From Chloroflexota bacterium (GTDB taxonomy: Bacteria; Chloroflexota; Limnocylindria; P2-11E): DNA of 64,000 nucleotides. Positions within the stretch are counted from its first letter, which is position 1. Each line of letters opens with the position of its first letter. Positions 21,172 to 31,231 of the stretch are shown one piece after another. Where the stretch lies: NCBI GenBank assembly GCA_021787445.1, contig JAJYLV010000002.1, positions 6,340-70,339 on the forward strand, in the 5' to 3' direction. The notes below the pieces were generated by a model that saw nothing but the letters and a program-made list of their open reading frames with translations, searched no databases and was not told the DNA's origin. Made by a program: the position numbers and the translations under genes.

Positions 21172-22128
21172 ATGAGCAGGTTCGTCACTCGTCGGCTACT
21201 GCAGGCGATCCCGACGTTCTTCGGGATCACCCTCATCACGTTCGCGCTGTTCCGCCTGTCGCCGGGTGACCCCGTCGATCTGCTCGTCTTCGGCGTCCCC
21301 GACATGACGGCGGCGCAGGTGGCCGCCCTACGCCATGCATACGGCCTCGACCAGCCCGTGCCGATCCAGTACCTGAACTGGCTCCTGCGCTTCCTGCACG
21401 GCGACTTCGGCCAGTCGTTCCTCTACCACCGGCCGGTGGTCGAGATGATCGGGTCGGCGCTGCCGAACACGATCCAGCTGGCTCTCGCCGCGCTCCTCCT
21501 TGCGCTCGTCATCGGCGTTCCCCTTGGCGCCGTCGCCGCCCGGTCCCGGGGCTCACGGCTCGACCAGGCGATCCGCATCGTCGCGGTCGGCGGCCACGCG
21601 GTCCCCGGGTTCTGGTTCGGGCTCATGTTCATCCTGGTGCTGAGCGTCCAGGTCCCCCTCTTCCCCGTGTCGGGGATGCTCACGCTCGGAGCGAGCCAGT
21701 GGGACATCCCCGATCGCCTGTGGCACCTCGTCGGTCCCGCGCTCACCTTGAGCCTGGCGGGGATCGCCAACTACTCGCGTCTGATGCGGACGGAGATCCT
21801 GGACGTGATCCGCCAGGACTTCGTGCGGACCGCCAGGGCCAAGGGTCTTCGGGAGCAGAGCGTCCTCATGGTCCACGCGCTGCGCAACGCGCTCCTCCCG
21901 CTCATCACGGGTCTCGGCGGCGTCCTCGCGTTCCTCGTGAGCGGCGCGGTCATCGTCGAGTCGGTCTTCTCGTGGCCGGGGATGGGGAGGCTGGCGTACG
22001 AGGCGGCACGCTCGAAGGACTACCCCATCGTCATGGCCGTCGTCGTGACCAGCAGCACGATGCTGCTCGTCTCGTACATCCTCCGCGACATCGCCTACAG
22101 CGTCGCAGACCCGCGGGTGCGCCGCTGA
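21172..22128 (+). CDS. Peptide ABC permease (DppB/AppB-like)
   Basis: GDFGQS, QDFVRTARAKGL, WPGMG and KDYP motifs. Confidence 0.92.
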   Translation: MSRFVTRRLLQAIPTFFGITLITFALFRLSPGDPVDLLVFGVPDMTAAQVAALRHAYGLDQPVPIQYLNWLLRFLHGDFGQSFLYHRPVVEMIGSALPNTIQLALAALLLALVIGVPLGAVAARSRGSRLDQAIRIVAVGGHAVPGFWFGLMFILVLSVQVPLFPVSGMLTLGASQWDIPDRLWHLVGPALTLSLAGIANYSRLMRTEILDVIRQDFVRTARAKGLREQSVLMVHALRNALLPLITGLGGVLAFLVSGAVIVESVFSWPGMGRLAYEAARSKDYPIVMAVVVTSSTMLLVSYILRDIAYSVADPRVRR

Positions 22129-23054
22129 TGTCCGCAGCGGGACAGGCGGTCCTCTCCGCGCCAGCGGTGGAGCCGCGCCGCAGTGCGGCGGGCCTCTGGT
22201 CCGACGCGTTCTACCGCCTCCGCCGCGACCGGACGAGCATCGTCGCGCTCGCGGTCCTCGCCCTCATCGTGCTGCTCGCGCTCGGCGCCGACGCCCTCGC
22301 GACGAGCTTCTTCCACGAGAGCTTCACGCACCAAGACCTTCTCGAGAGCTACGACCCGCCGAGCCTCGCGAAGCCCTCGCTGTGGCTCGGAACGGACGAG
22401 ATCGGACGCAGCCAGATCGTGCGTCTCCTCTACGGCGCGCGCGTCTCGCTGGCCGTCGGCGCGGGTGCCGGGCTCATCGACCTCACGGTCGGCATCGCCA
22501 TCGGCCTCAGCTCGGGCTACTTCCGCGGCTGGTGGGACGACCTCATGCAGTTCCTCATCAGCACCCTCAACTCGATCCCCGCGCTCTTCCTGCTGCTCTT
22601 CATCTCGGTCCTGTTCTCCCCCGGGCCCGTCACGATCGTCGCCGTGATCGGCTTCCTCACGTGGTCGGGGATCGCCCTGTACGTGCGGGGGCAGACCTTC
22701 TCTCTGCGAGAGCGCGAGTTCGTCACCGCGGCCCGGGTCGTGGGCGCCGACGACCTCCGCGTGATGGTCCGCCACATCCTGCCCAACGTCCTCCCGCTCG
22801 TGATCGTCCTCGCGGCCATCGACGTCGGCCAGGCGATCCTCATCGAGTCGGCGCTCTCGTACCTCGGCCTCGGGATCGACCCGCCCACGCCGTCGTGGGG
22901 CAACATGCTGCAGAACGCGACGCAGGACCTGACGCTCGGCCCCTGGCTCGTATGGGGCCCCGGCCTGGCCATCTCCGTGACCGTGCTCTGCCTGTACCTC
23001 GCCGGCGACGGGATCCGCGACGCGCTCGATCCGCGACTGCGCGGCACGGAGTGA
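22128..23054 (+). CDS. Peptide ABC permease (DppC/AppC-like)
   Basis: LGTDEIGR, REFVTAA, ESALSYLGLG and GDGIRDALDP motifs. Confidence 0.92.
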   Translation: MSAAGQAVLSAPAVEPRRSAAGLWSDAFYRLRRDRTSIVALAVLALIVLLALGADALATSFFHESFTHQDLLESYDPPSLAKPSLWLGTDEIGRSQIVRLLYGARVSLAVGAGAGLIDLTVGIAIGLSSGYFRGWWDDLMQFLISTLNSIPALFLLLFISVLFSPGPVTIVAVIGFLTWSGIALYVRGQTFSLREREFVTAARVVGADDLRVMVRHILPNVLPLVIVLAAIDVGQAILIESALSYLGLGIDPPTPSWGNMLQNATQDLTLGPWLVWGPGLAISVTVLCLYLAGDGIRDALDPRLRGTE

Positions 23055-23178
23055 GGTCAGGGGCGGTGCGCGCGTCTGGTAGCGTCGTGGACGGTGCCGC
23101 TATGAAGAAGCAGGGAGCGACCACGAGGACCCAGCGGCCCTCCGAACGGCACTTACCCCGCGGGCCGGTCCTCGCTAC

Positions 23179-23203
23179 AATCCCTACCGGAATGATCGGA
23201 AAT
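23179..23203. promoter_or_regulatory. Putative Rrf2/IscR-type operator overlapping the -10 (TACAAT 23176-23181)
   Basis: 25-bp imperfect palindrome; its reverse complement matches the site upstream of sufB at 17/25. Confidence 0.6.
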
Positions 23204-23656
23204 CCCCTCCAGGCGACGGCTTTTCACGTGTCGACCCGCGGCGAGTACGGCATGCGCGTCATGGTCGAGCTCGCCCGGCGCTACGGGCAGGGGACCATCA
23301 GCCTCAGGAGCGTCGCCGAGGGAGAAGCGCTTCCCGAGGCCTACCTGGAGCAGCTCGTCGCGTCGCTGCGGCGCGCCGGGCTCGTGAGCGGCAAGCGCGG
23401 CGCCGGCGGGGGCTACCAGCTCGTGAAGGATCCCGCGCACGTAACGGCCGGCGACGTCGTCCGCGCGCTCGAAGGTCCCATCGAGCCGCAGGTCTGCACG
23501 GCCGAGGGAGAGTCGATCGTGAACTGCCCTCATGAGCCCAAGTGCGGCACCCGGCAGCTGTGGGTCAAGCTCCAGGCGACGATCGCGGACGCGCTCGACT
23601 CGCTCACGCTCGCCGAGCTCGCGAGGTGGCCGGTCGGCCACGGCAAGGCCGGCTGA
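23192..23656 (+). CDS. Rrf2-family (IscR/SufR-like) transcriptional regulator
   Basis: STRGEYG, YLEQL, RGAGGGY motifs and three Cys (C-x9-C-x5-C); start uncertain. Confidence 0.9.
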   Translation: MIGNPLQATAFHVSTRGEYGMRVMVELARRYGQGTISLRSVAEGEALPEAYLEQLVASLRRAGLVSGKRGAGGGYQLVKDPAHVTAGDVVRALEGPIEPQVCTAEGESIVNCPHEPKCGTRQLWVKLQATIADALDSLTLAELARWPVGHGKAG

Positions 23657-24426
23657 TGGCGACGCTCGAGGTCCGCGGGCTCCACGTGACGGTCGAGGGG
23701 AAGGAGATCCTCAAGGGGATCGACCTCACCATCCCCACCGGCGAGGTCCACGCGGTCATGGGCCCGAACGGCTCCGGCAAGAGCACGCTCGCGCTCACGA
23801 TCATGGGCCACCCCCGCTACAAGGTGACCGCGGGGAGCGTGGCCTACGACGGGACCGACCTCCTCGCGCTCCCGGTCGACCAGCGCGCGAAGGCCGGCAT
23901 GTTCCTCGCGTTCCAGTACCCCATCGCGATCCCCGGCGTCTCCGTCGCGAGCTTCCTGCGCACGGCGCTCAACGCGCGGCGGCAGACGGATGGGCAGAAG
24001 AACGACATCCCTATCCCGCAGTTCCGCAAGCTCCTCGCGGAGAAGACCAAGCTGCTCGAGGTCGATGACGCGTTCCTCACACGGTCGGTCAACGAGGGCT
24101 TTTCGGGAGGCGAGAAGAAGCGCCTCGAGATGCTGCAGATGCACATGTTCCAGCCGCGCTTCGCGCTGCTCGACGAGACCGACTCGGGGCTCGACATCGA
24201 CGCCCTCCAGACCGTCGCGATGGGGATCGAGGCCCTGCGCTCACCCGAGGTGGGGATCCTCCTCATCACGCACTACGAGCGCATCCTTCGCTACGTCCAT
24301 CCCGACTACGTCCACGTCCTCATCGACGGGCGCATCGTCCGGACCGGCGGGCGCGAGCTCGCCGCCGAGCTCGAGAACAAGGGGTACGACTTCGTCCGCG
24401 AAGAGCTGTACGCCGGCAAGGTCTAG
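23656..24426 (+). CDS. sufC: Fe-S assembly ATPase SufC
   Basis: MGPNGSGKST, FQYP, NEGFSGGEKKR and DETDSGLDID motifs. Confidence 0.97.
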   Translation: MATLEVRGLHVTVEGKEILKGIDLTIPTGEVHAVMGPNGSGKSTLALTIMGHPRYKVTAGSVAYDGTDLLALPVDQRAKAGMFLAFQYPIAIPGVSVASFLRTALNARRQTDGQKNDIPIPQFRKLLAEKTKLLEVDDAFLTRSVNEGFSGGEKKRLEMLQMHMFQPRFALLDETDSGLDIDALQTVAMGIEALRSPEVGILLITHYERILRYVHPDYVHVLIDGRIVRTGGRELAAELENKGYDFVREELYAGKV

Positions 24427-24436
24427 GGAGGACACC

Positions 24437-25699
24437 GTGGCCGTGACGGCGCGCCCGACGCGATCCGCGACGAAGCTCGACGTCACGCGCATCCGGCACG
24501 ACTTCCCCGTCCTCTCGCGGACGGTGCACGGCAAGCCCCTGGTGTGGCTCGACAGCGCGTCCACCAGCCAGAAGCCGCGGCAGGTCCTCGAGGCGATGCG
24601 CGTCGTGTACGAAGAGCACAACGCGAACATCCACCGCGGGGTGTATGAGTTCTCCGAGCGGACGACGGCGGCCTTCGAGGACGCGCGTGCGGCCGTCGCG
24701 CGCTTCATCAACGCGCCGTCGCCGCGCGAGGTCATCTTCGTCCGGAACGCGACCGAGGGGCTCAACCTGGTCGCCTACGCGTGGGGCCGCGACAACCTGA
24801 GGAAGGGCGATCGCGTCGTCACGACGGTCCTCGAGCACCACTCGAGCTTCGTGCCGTGGCAGCAGCTCGCGAAGGACGTCGGCGCGGAGCTCGTCGTCGT
24901 CGACATCGACGAGGAGGGCCGTCTGCGGCTTGACCAGATGCGCGCCGAGCTCAAGCGCGGCGCGAAGGTGCTCGCCATCACGCACACGTCCAACGGCCTC
25001 GGCGTCATCAACCCGGTGAAGGAGATCGTCGCCTGGGCGAAGGCCGCCGGGGCGACCACGATCGTCGACGCGGCGCAGTCGGCGCCGCACATGCGCGTCG
25101 ACGTCCAGGACATCGGCTGCGACTTCATCGCCTTCAGCGGCCACAAGATGCTCGGGCCCGTGGGGTCCGGCGTCGTGTGGGGGCGTGCGGCGCTCCTCGA
25201 GCGCATGCGTCCGTTCCTCTACGGCGGCGACATGATCAGCCGCGTCTCGATCGAGCAGACCGACTGGAACGAGCTGCCATGGAAGTTCGAGGCCGGAACG
25301 TCGGCGTACGTCGACGCCATCGGGCTCGGCGCCGCGGTGGGCTATCTCGAGGACGTCGGCATGGACGCGATCCACGAGCACGAGGTCGCTCTCGCGGCGC
25401 GCCTCCTCCCGCAGCTCGTCGCCGAGGACGGCGTCACGGTCTTCGGGCCGCGCGATACACGGGACCGGGTCGGCGTCGTCTCGTTCGACGTGAAGGGCAT
25501 CCATCCACACGACATGGCGACGCTCCTCGATCGCGAGGGGATCGCGGTGCGTGCCGGGCACCACTGCAACAACCCGCTCATGACGCGGCTCGGCGTGAGC
25601 GCGACGACGCGCGCGAGCACCTATCTCTACAACACGATGGAGGAGATGGACGCGCTCGTGGCCGCGGTGCGGAAGGCGAAGAAGGTCTTCGGGATCTAG
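24437..25699 (+). CDS. sufS: Cysteine desulfurase SufS
   Basis: SQKP, ANIHRG, FSGHKM and RAGHHC motifs. Confidence 0.96.
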   Translation: MAVTARPTRSATKLDVTRIRHDFPVLSRTVHGKPLVWLDSASTSQKPRQVLEAMRVVYEEHNANIHRGVYEFSERTTAAFEDARAAVARFINAPSPREVIFVRNATEGLNLVAYAWGRDNLRKGDRVVTTVLEHHSSFVPWQQLAKDVGAELVVVDIDEEGRLRLDQMRAELKRGAKVLAITHTSNGLGVINPVKEIVAWAKAAGATTIVDAAQSAPHMRVDVQDIGCDFIAFSGHKMLGPVGSGVVWGRAALLERMRPFLYGGDMISRVSIEQTDWNELPWKFEAGTSAYVDAIGLGAAVGYLEDVGMDAIHEHEVALAARLLPQLVAEDGVTVFGPRDTRDRVGVVSFDVKGIHPHDMATLLDREGIAVRAGHHCNNPLMTRLGVSATTRASTYLYNTMEEMDALVAAVRKAKKVFGI

Positions 25700-25709
25700 C
25701 CTGTACGCG

Positions 25710-26117
25710 ATGGACGACCTGTACCGCGAGAACATCCTCGATCACTACAAGAACCCGCGGAACTACGGCGAGCTCGAAGGCGCGACGCATCACTACCACG
25801 ACACGAACCCGCTCTGCGGCGACGAGATCACGATGTTCCTGCTCGTGGGCGAGGACGGGCGGATCGACGATGTCCACTTCACCGGGCGCGGCTGTGCGAT
25901 CTCGCAGGCCTCGGCCTCGCTCCTCACGGAGCGGGTCAAGGGGAAGACGCTCGACGAGGTGAAGGCGGTCGACAAGGACACCGTCCTCGAGGACCTCGGG
26001 ATCACCCTCAGCCCGGCGCGCGTGAAGTGCGCGCTCCTCTCGCTGAAGACGCTCAAGGCCGCCGCGTGGGGCCTCACCGGATGGCCGGGCGAAGAGGCGA
26101 AGCAGGCGGCGGAATAG
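25710..26117 (+). CDS. sufU: SufU/NifU-type sulfur-transfer/scaffold protein
   Basis: ILDHYKNPRN, NPLCGD, GCAISQAS and RVKCA motifs. Confidence 0.94.
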   Translation: MDDLYRENILDHYKNPRNYGELEGATHHYHDTNPLCGDEITMFLLVGEDGRIDDVHFTGRGCAISQASASLLTERVKGKTLDEVKAVDKDTVLEDLGITLSPARVKCALLSLKTLKAAAWGLTGWPGEEAKQAAE

Positions 26118-26160
26118 CGGCCCTTCCCGCGGGCGTTCCGGCGGTAGAGGGGGTGGAGCG

Positions 26161-26565
26161 GTGAGAAGCTGGAACGATCAGGTCATCGAGGGCTTCCGCG
26201 GGAGCGGGCGCGCCGGCTACGGACAGTGGGGCGGACACCTGCTGCTTCTGACGGTGCGCGGCCGGCGGTCGGGCGAGCGCCGCACCTATCCGCTCGCTTT
26301 CCACAAGGACGGCGGCCGCTACGTGGTCGCGGCGTCGAAGGGCGGCGCGCCGACGCATCCCGAGTGGTACCGGAACCTCGTGGCGCATCCGGACGTGACG
26401 GTGGAGGCGGAGGGAGAGGAGTTCCGCGCCCGCGCGACGCCGCTCGCCGAGGGCCCGGAGCGCGATCGCCTGTGGGAGCAGCACGCGACGTCGTTCCCCG
26501 GCTTCCGCGACTACGAGAAGAAGACGGCGCGGACCATCCCGGTGGTCGTTCTGGAGCGTGCCTAG
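26161..26565 (+). CDS. Deazaflavin (F420)-dependent nitroreductase/quinone reductase, Ddn family
   Basis: LLLTVRGRRSG, VAASKGG, PEWYRNL and RTIPVVVL motifs. Confidence 0.9.
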   Translation: MRSWNDQVIEGFRGSGRAGYGQWGGHLLLLTVRGRRSGERRTYPLAFHKDGGRYVVAASKGGAPTHPEWYRNLVAHPDVTVEAEGEEFRARATPLAEGPERDRLWEQHATSFPGFRDYEKKTARTIPVVVLERA

Positions 26566-26690
26566 CGGGCAAGGAGCCCGGCGGACGCCGGTACGCTCGC
26601 GATGGCGCACACTCCCCTTGACGCAGTGGAAGAGCGACGCGAGCTGGTCCCGCGCCTCCGCCGCGCGATACCGGAAGGGGAAGCGCTTGG

Positions 26691-26715
26691 ATTTCCGACC
26701 CCGCAGGTAGAAAAT
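26691..26715. promoter_or_regulatory. Second putative Rrf2 operator upstream of sufB
   Basis: ATTTCCGACC-N5-GGTAGAAAAT, homologous to the 23179-23203 site. Confidence 0.6.
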
Positions 26716-26721
26716 ACCGGT

Positions 26722-28134
26722 ATGGCAGTTCAGTCGAAGATCGAAGAGCAGCTCCCCGACGCCTACCAGTACGGGTGGCACGACGACGCCACGTACATCA
26801 ACAAGCTCAAGAAGGGCCTCGACGAGGACGTCATCCGCGAGATCAGCCAGACGTACAAGCACGAGCCGCAGTGGATGCTCGACCGGCGCCTGAAGGCGTT
26901 CCGCCACTACCGGTCCCGGCCGATGCCCACGTGGGGCGCCGACCTCTCGGGGATCGACTTCGAGGACATCTACTACTACCTCCGAGCGTCGGACAAGAGC
27001 GCGAAGAACTGGGAAGACGTTCCCCAGTACATCAAGCAGACCTTCGACAAGCTCGGGATCCCGCAGGCGGAGCAGAAGTACCTGTCCGGCGTCGGGAGCC
27101 AGTACGACAGCGAGTCGATCTACCACAACATCCGCAAGGACCTCGAGGCGCAGGGCATCATCTTCATGGACACCGACACCGCGCTGCGCGAGCACGAGGA
27201 CATCGTCAAGGAGCACTTCGGGACGGTCATCCCCGCGAACGACAACAAGCTGGCCGCGCTCAACACCGCGGTGTGGTCGGGTGGCTCGTTCGTGTGGGTC
27301 CCGCCGGGGGTGCACGTCACCCTCCCGCTGCAGGCCTACTTCCGGATCAACAGCGAGAGCGCCGGGCAGTTCGAGCGGACGCTCATCATCGCCGAGCCCG
27401 GCTCGAGCGTTCACTACGTCGAGGGCTGCACCGCGCCCGTCTTCTCGACCGCGACGCTTCACAGCGCCGTCGTCGAGATCATCGTCAAGGAAGGCGCCGA
27501 CGTCCGCTACACGACGATCCAGAACTGGAGCCACAACGTCTACAACCTCGTCACGAAGCGCGCGATGGTCCAGAAGGACGGGCGGATGACGTGGATCGAC
27601 GCGAACCTCGGCAGCAAGGTCACGATGAAGTACCCCTCCGTGTATCTCATGGGCGAGCGCGCGCACGGCGAGGTCCTCTCCGTCGCCTTCGCCGGTGACG
27701 CGCAGACGCAGGACGCCGGCGCCAAGATGGTCCACGCCGCGCCGAACACGACGAGCATCATCACGAGCAAGGGCATCAGCAAGGGCACCGGCAAGCAGAA
27801 CTACCGCGGCCTGGTGAAGATCTACCCCGGCTGCCACGGCGCCAAGAGCACCGTCCGCTGCGACGCGCTCATGCTCGACGAGACCGCGCAGAGTCAGACG
27901 TTCCCGGTCATGGAGATCGAGGAGGACGACGTCACCATCGGCCACGAGGCCAGCGTGTCGAAGGTCGGCGAGGAGCAGCTCTTCTACCTGATGAGCCGCG
28001 GCCTCTCCGAGAGCGATGCCACGGCCATGGTCGTGAACGGCTTCATCGAGCCGATCGTGAAGACGCTCCCGATGGACTACGCCATCGAGATGAACCGTCT
28101 CATCCAGCTCCAGATGGCCGGCGCCATCGGGTGA
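26722..28134 (+). CDS. sufB: Fe-S assembly protein SufB
   Basis: [28 protein letters not shown] and HEA motifs. Confidence 0.97.
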   Translation: MAVQSKIEEQLPDAYQYGWHDDATYINKLKKGLDEDVIREISQTYKHEPQWMLDRRLKAFRHYRSRPMPTWGADLSGIDFEDIYYYLRASDKSAKNWEDVPQYIKQTFDKLGIPQAEQKYLSGVGSQYDSESIYHNIRKDLEAQGIIFMDTDTALREHEDIVKEHFGTVIPANDNKLAALNTAVWSGGSFVWVPPGVHVTLPLQAYFRINSESAGQFERTLIIAEPGSSVHYVEGCTAPVFSTATLHSAVVEIIVKEGADVRYTTIQNWSHNVYNLVTKRAMVQKDGRMTWIDANLGSKVTMKYPSVYLMGERAHGEVLSVAFAGDAQTQDAGAKMVHAAPNTTSIITSKGISKGTGKQNYRGLVKIYPGCHGAKSTVRCDALMLDETAQSQTFPVMEIEEDDVTIGHEASVSKVGEEQLFYLMSRGLSESDATAMVVNGFIEPIVKTLPMDYAIEMNRLIQLQMAGAIG

Positions 28135-29393
28135 CCGCGACCGCGACCCTCCCCACGTTGCACCAGCCGCTCGACCCGGACGTGGTCGAGCGGTTCTCTG
28201 TGGAGCGCGGCGAGCCGGAGTGGCTTCGGCGCTCGCGCCGCGCGGCCGCCGAGCGCGTGAACGAGCTTCCCTGGCCGACGGGGCACGAAGAGGAATGGCG
28301 GCGCTTCCCTCCGGCGTCCGTCCCCGCGTCGCCGCTGGTGGGAGCCCGCTCGACGGTCGCGCGCGGCCGCGATGCGCTCCCGGAGGGCGTCTACGTCGCC
28401 GATCTCGACGTCGCCGTGCGCGAGCGCCCCGACCTCGTCGAGCGCTGGATCGACGGCGGCGGGAAGGTCCCGACACACGGCGCGATCTCCGCGGTCGCGG
28501 ATGCGCTCTGGACCGCCGGGACGTTCGTGCACGTCTCCCGCGGCGTCGCGGCGCGTGTGCCGATCACGTCGGAGCGCACCTGGGCGGCCGGCGATGCGGC
28601 CTGCCTCTCGCGCACCATCGTCGTCGCCGAGGAGGAGAGCAGCATCACGTTCGTCGAGCAGCTGCGCTCCGAGGGCGGAGGCGATGCGCGCGTCGCGATC
28701 CCTCACCTCGATGTCCACCTCGGCCGCGGCGCCGACGTCCGCTACGTTCACCTGCAGCAGTTCGCGGGCGACGTCTGGGACCTCGGCGCGCAGTGGTACG
28801 GCTCCGCGGCCGACAGTCGGCTCGCGAGCTACAACGTGCTCCTGGGCAGCGGCCGGTCGAAGATCGGCATCGTCTCCGACATCCTCGGCAACGCGGCCGA
28901 GGTGAAGCTGTACGGGCTCATCGCGGCGGGCGACGAGCAGCGTTTCGACGTGAACTCCTTGCAGCGTCTCGACGGCCGCGCTTCGCAGTCCGACCTGCTC
29001 TACCTCTCGGCGCTGTACGGAGCGGCCAAGGCGACCTTCTACGGGGTCGTGCGCGTCGAGCCGACGAGCAAGGCGACCGGCTCCTACCAGGAGTGCCGCA
29101 ACCTGCTGCTGTCCGACAAGGCCGGCGCGAATCCCATCCCCGTCCTCGAGATCCTGACCAACGACGTCGCGCGGTGCGGGCACGGCGCGACGGCGGGGCG
29201 TCTCGACGAGGAGGAGCTGTTCTACGTCATGTCGAGAGGGATCCAGCGCGCCCTCGGCGAGCAGCTCCTCGTCCGGGGCCACTTCTCCCGGGTCGTCGAC
29301 CGGATCCCCGACGCCGAGACGCGCGCGCGCGTCCTCGAGGCGCTCGTCCCGCGCATCGGACGCGTCGCCGAGATCGAGGCGAAGGCGGCGTGA
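28131..29393 (+). CDS. sufD: Fe-S assembly protein SufD
   Basis: EEWR, NLLLS, LEI..DV..CGHGAT and FYVMSRGI motifs. Confidence 0.93.
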   Translation: MTATATLPTLHQPLDPDVVERFSVERGEPEWLRRSRRAAAERVNELPWPTGHEEEWRRFPPASVPASPLVGARSTVARGRDALPEGVYVADLDVAVRERPDLVERWIDGGGKVPTHGAISAVADALWTAGTFVHVSRGVAARVPITSERTWAAGDAACLSRTIVVAEEESSITFVEQLRSEGGGDARVAIPHLDVHLGRGADVRYVHLQQFAGDVWDLGAQWYGSAADSRLASYNVLLGSGRSKIGIVSDILGNAAEVKLYGLIAAGDEQRFDVNSLQRLDGRASQSDLLYLSALYGAAKATFYGVVRVEPTSKATGSYQECRNLLLSDKAGANPIPVLEILTNDVARCGHGATAGRLDEEELFYVMSRGIQRALGEQLLVRGHFSRVVDRIPDAETRARVLEALVPRIGRVAEIEAKAA

Positions 29394-29755
29394 GCCAGGG
29401 ATCCGTCGACACGTCCGGATACGTCGCGGTCGCGCGCGAGGACGAGATCCGTCCCGGCGACGTCGCCGTCGTCGACGCGGGCGGCAAGAGCCTGTGCCTC
29501 GGTCACTGCGAGGACGGCACGTGGGGCGCGATCGACAACGTCTGCACCCACGACGGCGGGATCCTCGGCGAGGGCGAGCTCGACGAGTGCGCTGTCGAGT
29601 GCCCGCGGCACGGCGCGCGCTTCGACCTCAAGACCGGAAAGGTGCTCGCCCTTCCGGCGGTCTATCCCGTGAACGCGTACCCCGTCCGCATCGTCGACGG
29701 CCGCGTCGAGGTGAAGGTCGACGTCCGGACGCACGAGCTCGAGATCGGCGGCTGA
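29390..29755 (+). CDS. Rieske-type [2Fe-2S] ferredoxin
   Basis: CTH...CPRHGARFD motifs. Confidence 0.93.
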   Translation: MSQGSVDTSGYVAVAREDEIRPGDVAVVDAGGKSLCLGHCEDGTWGAIDNVCTHDGGILGEGELDECAVECPRHGARFDLKTGKVLALPAVYPVNAYPVRIVDGRVEVKVDVRTHELEIGG

Positions 29756-29806
29756 GCTACATCGGGCTCAGGAGCGGGAAGTCCGTCTTGGCTCCAGGGC
29801 GGCGAG

Positions 29807-30484
29807 ATGAGTAGGACGACCACGTATCTTGCGATCCTCGTCGGGATCGTCTGCGCGTGGTTCATCATCAACTCGATCCTCATCAATTCGATCCTCTTCC
29901 CCCATCCCCGGAACCTGCGGAGCGACGTGGTGCAAGGCTTCCTTATCGGCGGAGGGCTGGCGTTCGTCACGGCGCAGATCTACGCCAGGATCAAGGCCAC
30001 GAAGGTCAACGGCTGGATCACCATGTTCGGCCTCGGTGACCCCGGCAACGGGATGCTGCTGCGAGCCGCGCATGCTCAGCTGTTCCCCGGCCCCGTGAAC
30101 GTCCCGCAAGAGGCGATGTACTGGTGGACGAACACCGATGGCGCGGGCCACGCGCTTTCCGGAGCGCACGACTACGTCATGCACTTTCCGGCAGGCGGTC
30201 TTCCCCCGAACGAGGCGTTCTGGTCGATCACGATGGGTGATGCGAGTAACCACTTCGTGGCGAATCCGATCGACCGGTACAGCCTCAGCGATCGTTCCGG
30301 TCTCGCGCGGGACCCCGACGGCTCGGTCGATATCCGCATCCAGAACGCCGCTCCGGCGGGGCGCGAGTCCAACTGGCTGCCCGCGCCCACCGGCAAGTTC
30401 ATCCTCTGGCTGCGCGTGTACATACCAGGCGAGGCCATTCTCCGCGGCGACTACACGGTGCCGCCGGTCGTCGAAGTGAAGTGA
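29807..30484 (+). CDS. DUF1214-domain membrane-anchored protein
   Basis: EAMY, PPNEAFWSITM, NPIDRYS, NWLPAP and LRVY motifs; two N-terminal hydrophobic helices. Confidence 0.8.
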   Translation: MSRTTTYLAILVGIVCAWFIINSILINSILFPHPRNLRSDVVQGFLIGGGLAFVTAQIYARIKATKVNGWITMFGLGDPGNGMLLRAAHAQLFPGPVNVPQEAMYWWTNTDGAGHALSGAHDYVMHFPAGGLPPNEAFWSITMGDASNHFVANPIDRYSLSDRSGLARDPDGSVDIRIQNAAPAGRESNWLPAPTGKFILWLRVYIPGEAILRGDYTVPPVVEVK

Positions 30485-31080
30485 CGACGAATATCGAGTA
30501 CGGGCACCTACTCGTGTTCGGTTCGGTCATGGTCGCGGCGTGGTCCCTGGTCATCTACTTGTGGCCGCGCCTGCTGCTCTCCGTGTACAAGAGGGCGCTC
30601 CTCGCCAAAGGGTTCGGCGGCGGCCCCATCCCGGTCAACACGCTCCAGACGGAGTCCCAAGCGCTCTTCGCGGATCCACTTCACCCGCCCGCCTCGGCCT
30701 CAAGTCTGGCGACCACTGGCGTGAACCGCGACACGCTGCTCACGGCCGGCTGGCTGGACCTCAGGAAAGGGCCGCTCGTCTTGCACGTACCCGACATGGC
30801 CGGTCGTTACTACAGCGTGCAGTTCACGGATCCGTCGAAGAACACCGTATTCGCCTACGTCGGCAAACGCACCACGGGCACGCAGGCTGGCGACTATCTC
30901 ATCACCGGCCCCGGCTGGAACGAAGCCGTACCGGACGGCGTGAAGAGGATCACCTCGCCGAACAACGGGGTGCTCCTGATCGCACGGGTGCTCGTGGAAA
31001 GCGACGCCGACCTATCCACCGCGTACGCCCTCTCCCAGCAGATCCAGTTGTTGAAGGTCGAAAGCATCGCTCAAAGGTGA
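30481..31080 (+). CDS. DUF1254-domain membrane-anchored protein
   Basis: NRDTL...WLDL..GPLVLHVPDMAGRYYS and YLITGPGW motifs; N-terminal TM. Confidence 0.8.
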   Translation: MTTNIEYGHLLVFGSVMVAAWSLVIYLWPRLLLSVYKRALLAKGFGGGPIPVNTLQTESQALFADPLHPPASASSLATTGVNRDTLLTAGWLDLRKGPLVLHVPDMAGRYYSVQFTDPSKNTVFAYVGKRTTGTQAGDYLITGPGWNEAVPDGVKRITSPNNGVLLIARVLVESDADLSTAYALSQQIQLLKVESIAQR

Positions 31081-31199
31081 GCCGCGTAGGCTCACGGAGC
31101 TACGTCGCCATGCTCGCTCTCACGGGCATCACCCTGGCGGCGACGCAGCGCTGCGCCTACTGCGTATCGTACGAGCGCACGCTGGAGATCCTCATGTGA
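31077..31199 (+). CDS. Possible 40-aa CxxC peptide or AhpD-like remnant
   Basis: GTG overlaps the DUF1254 stop; contains ATQRCAYCV. Confidence 0.25.
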   Translation: MSRVGSRSYVAMLALTGITLAATQRCAYCVSYERTLEILM

Positions 31200-31208
31200 A
31201 GCGCCTAC

Positions 31209-31231
31209 CGGTACGGTACAGTACCGTACCG
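31209..31231. promoter_or_regulatory. TetR operator: perfect 11-1-11 palindrome overlapping the -10 TACAGT
   Basis: CGGTACGGTAC-A-GTACCGTACCG immediately before the TetR ATG. Confidence 0.8.

Noticed and set aside
23102-23191. Extended N-terminus for the Rrf2 regulator (and likewise 26602-26721 for SufB)
   Set aside because: These stretches contain the promoter and operator; conserved protein sequence begins downstream
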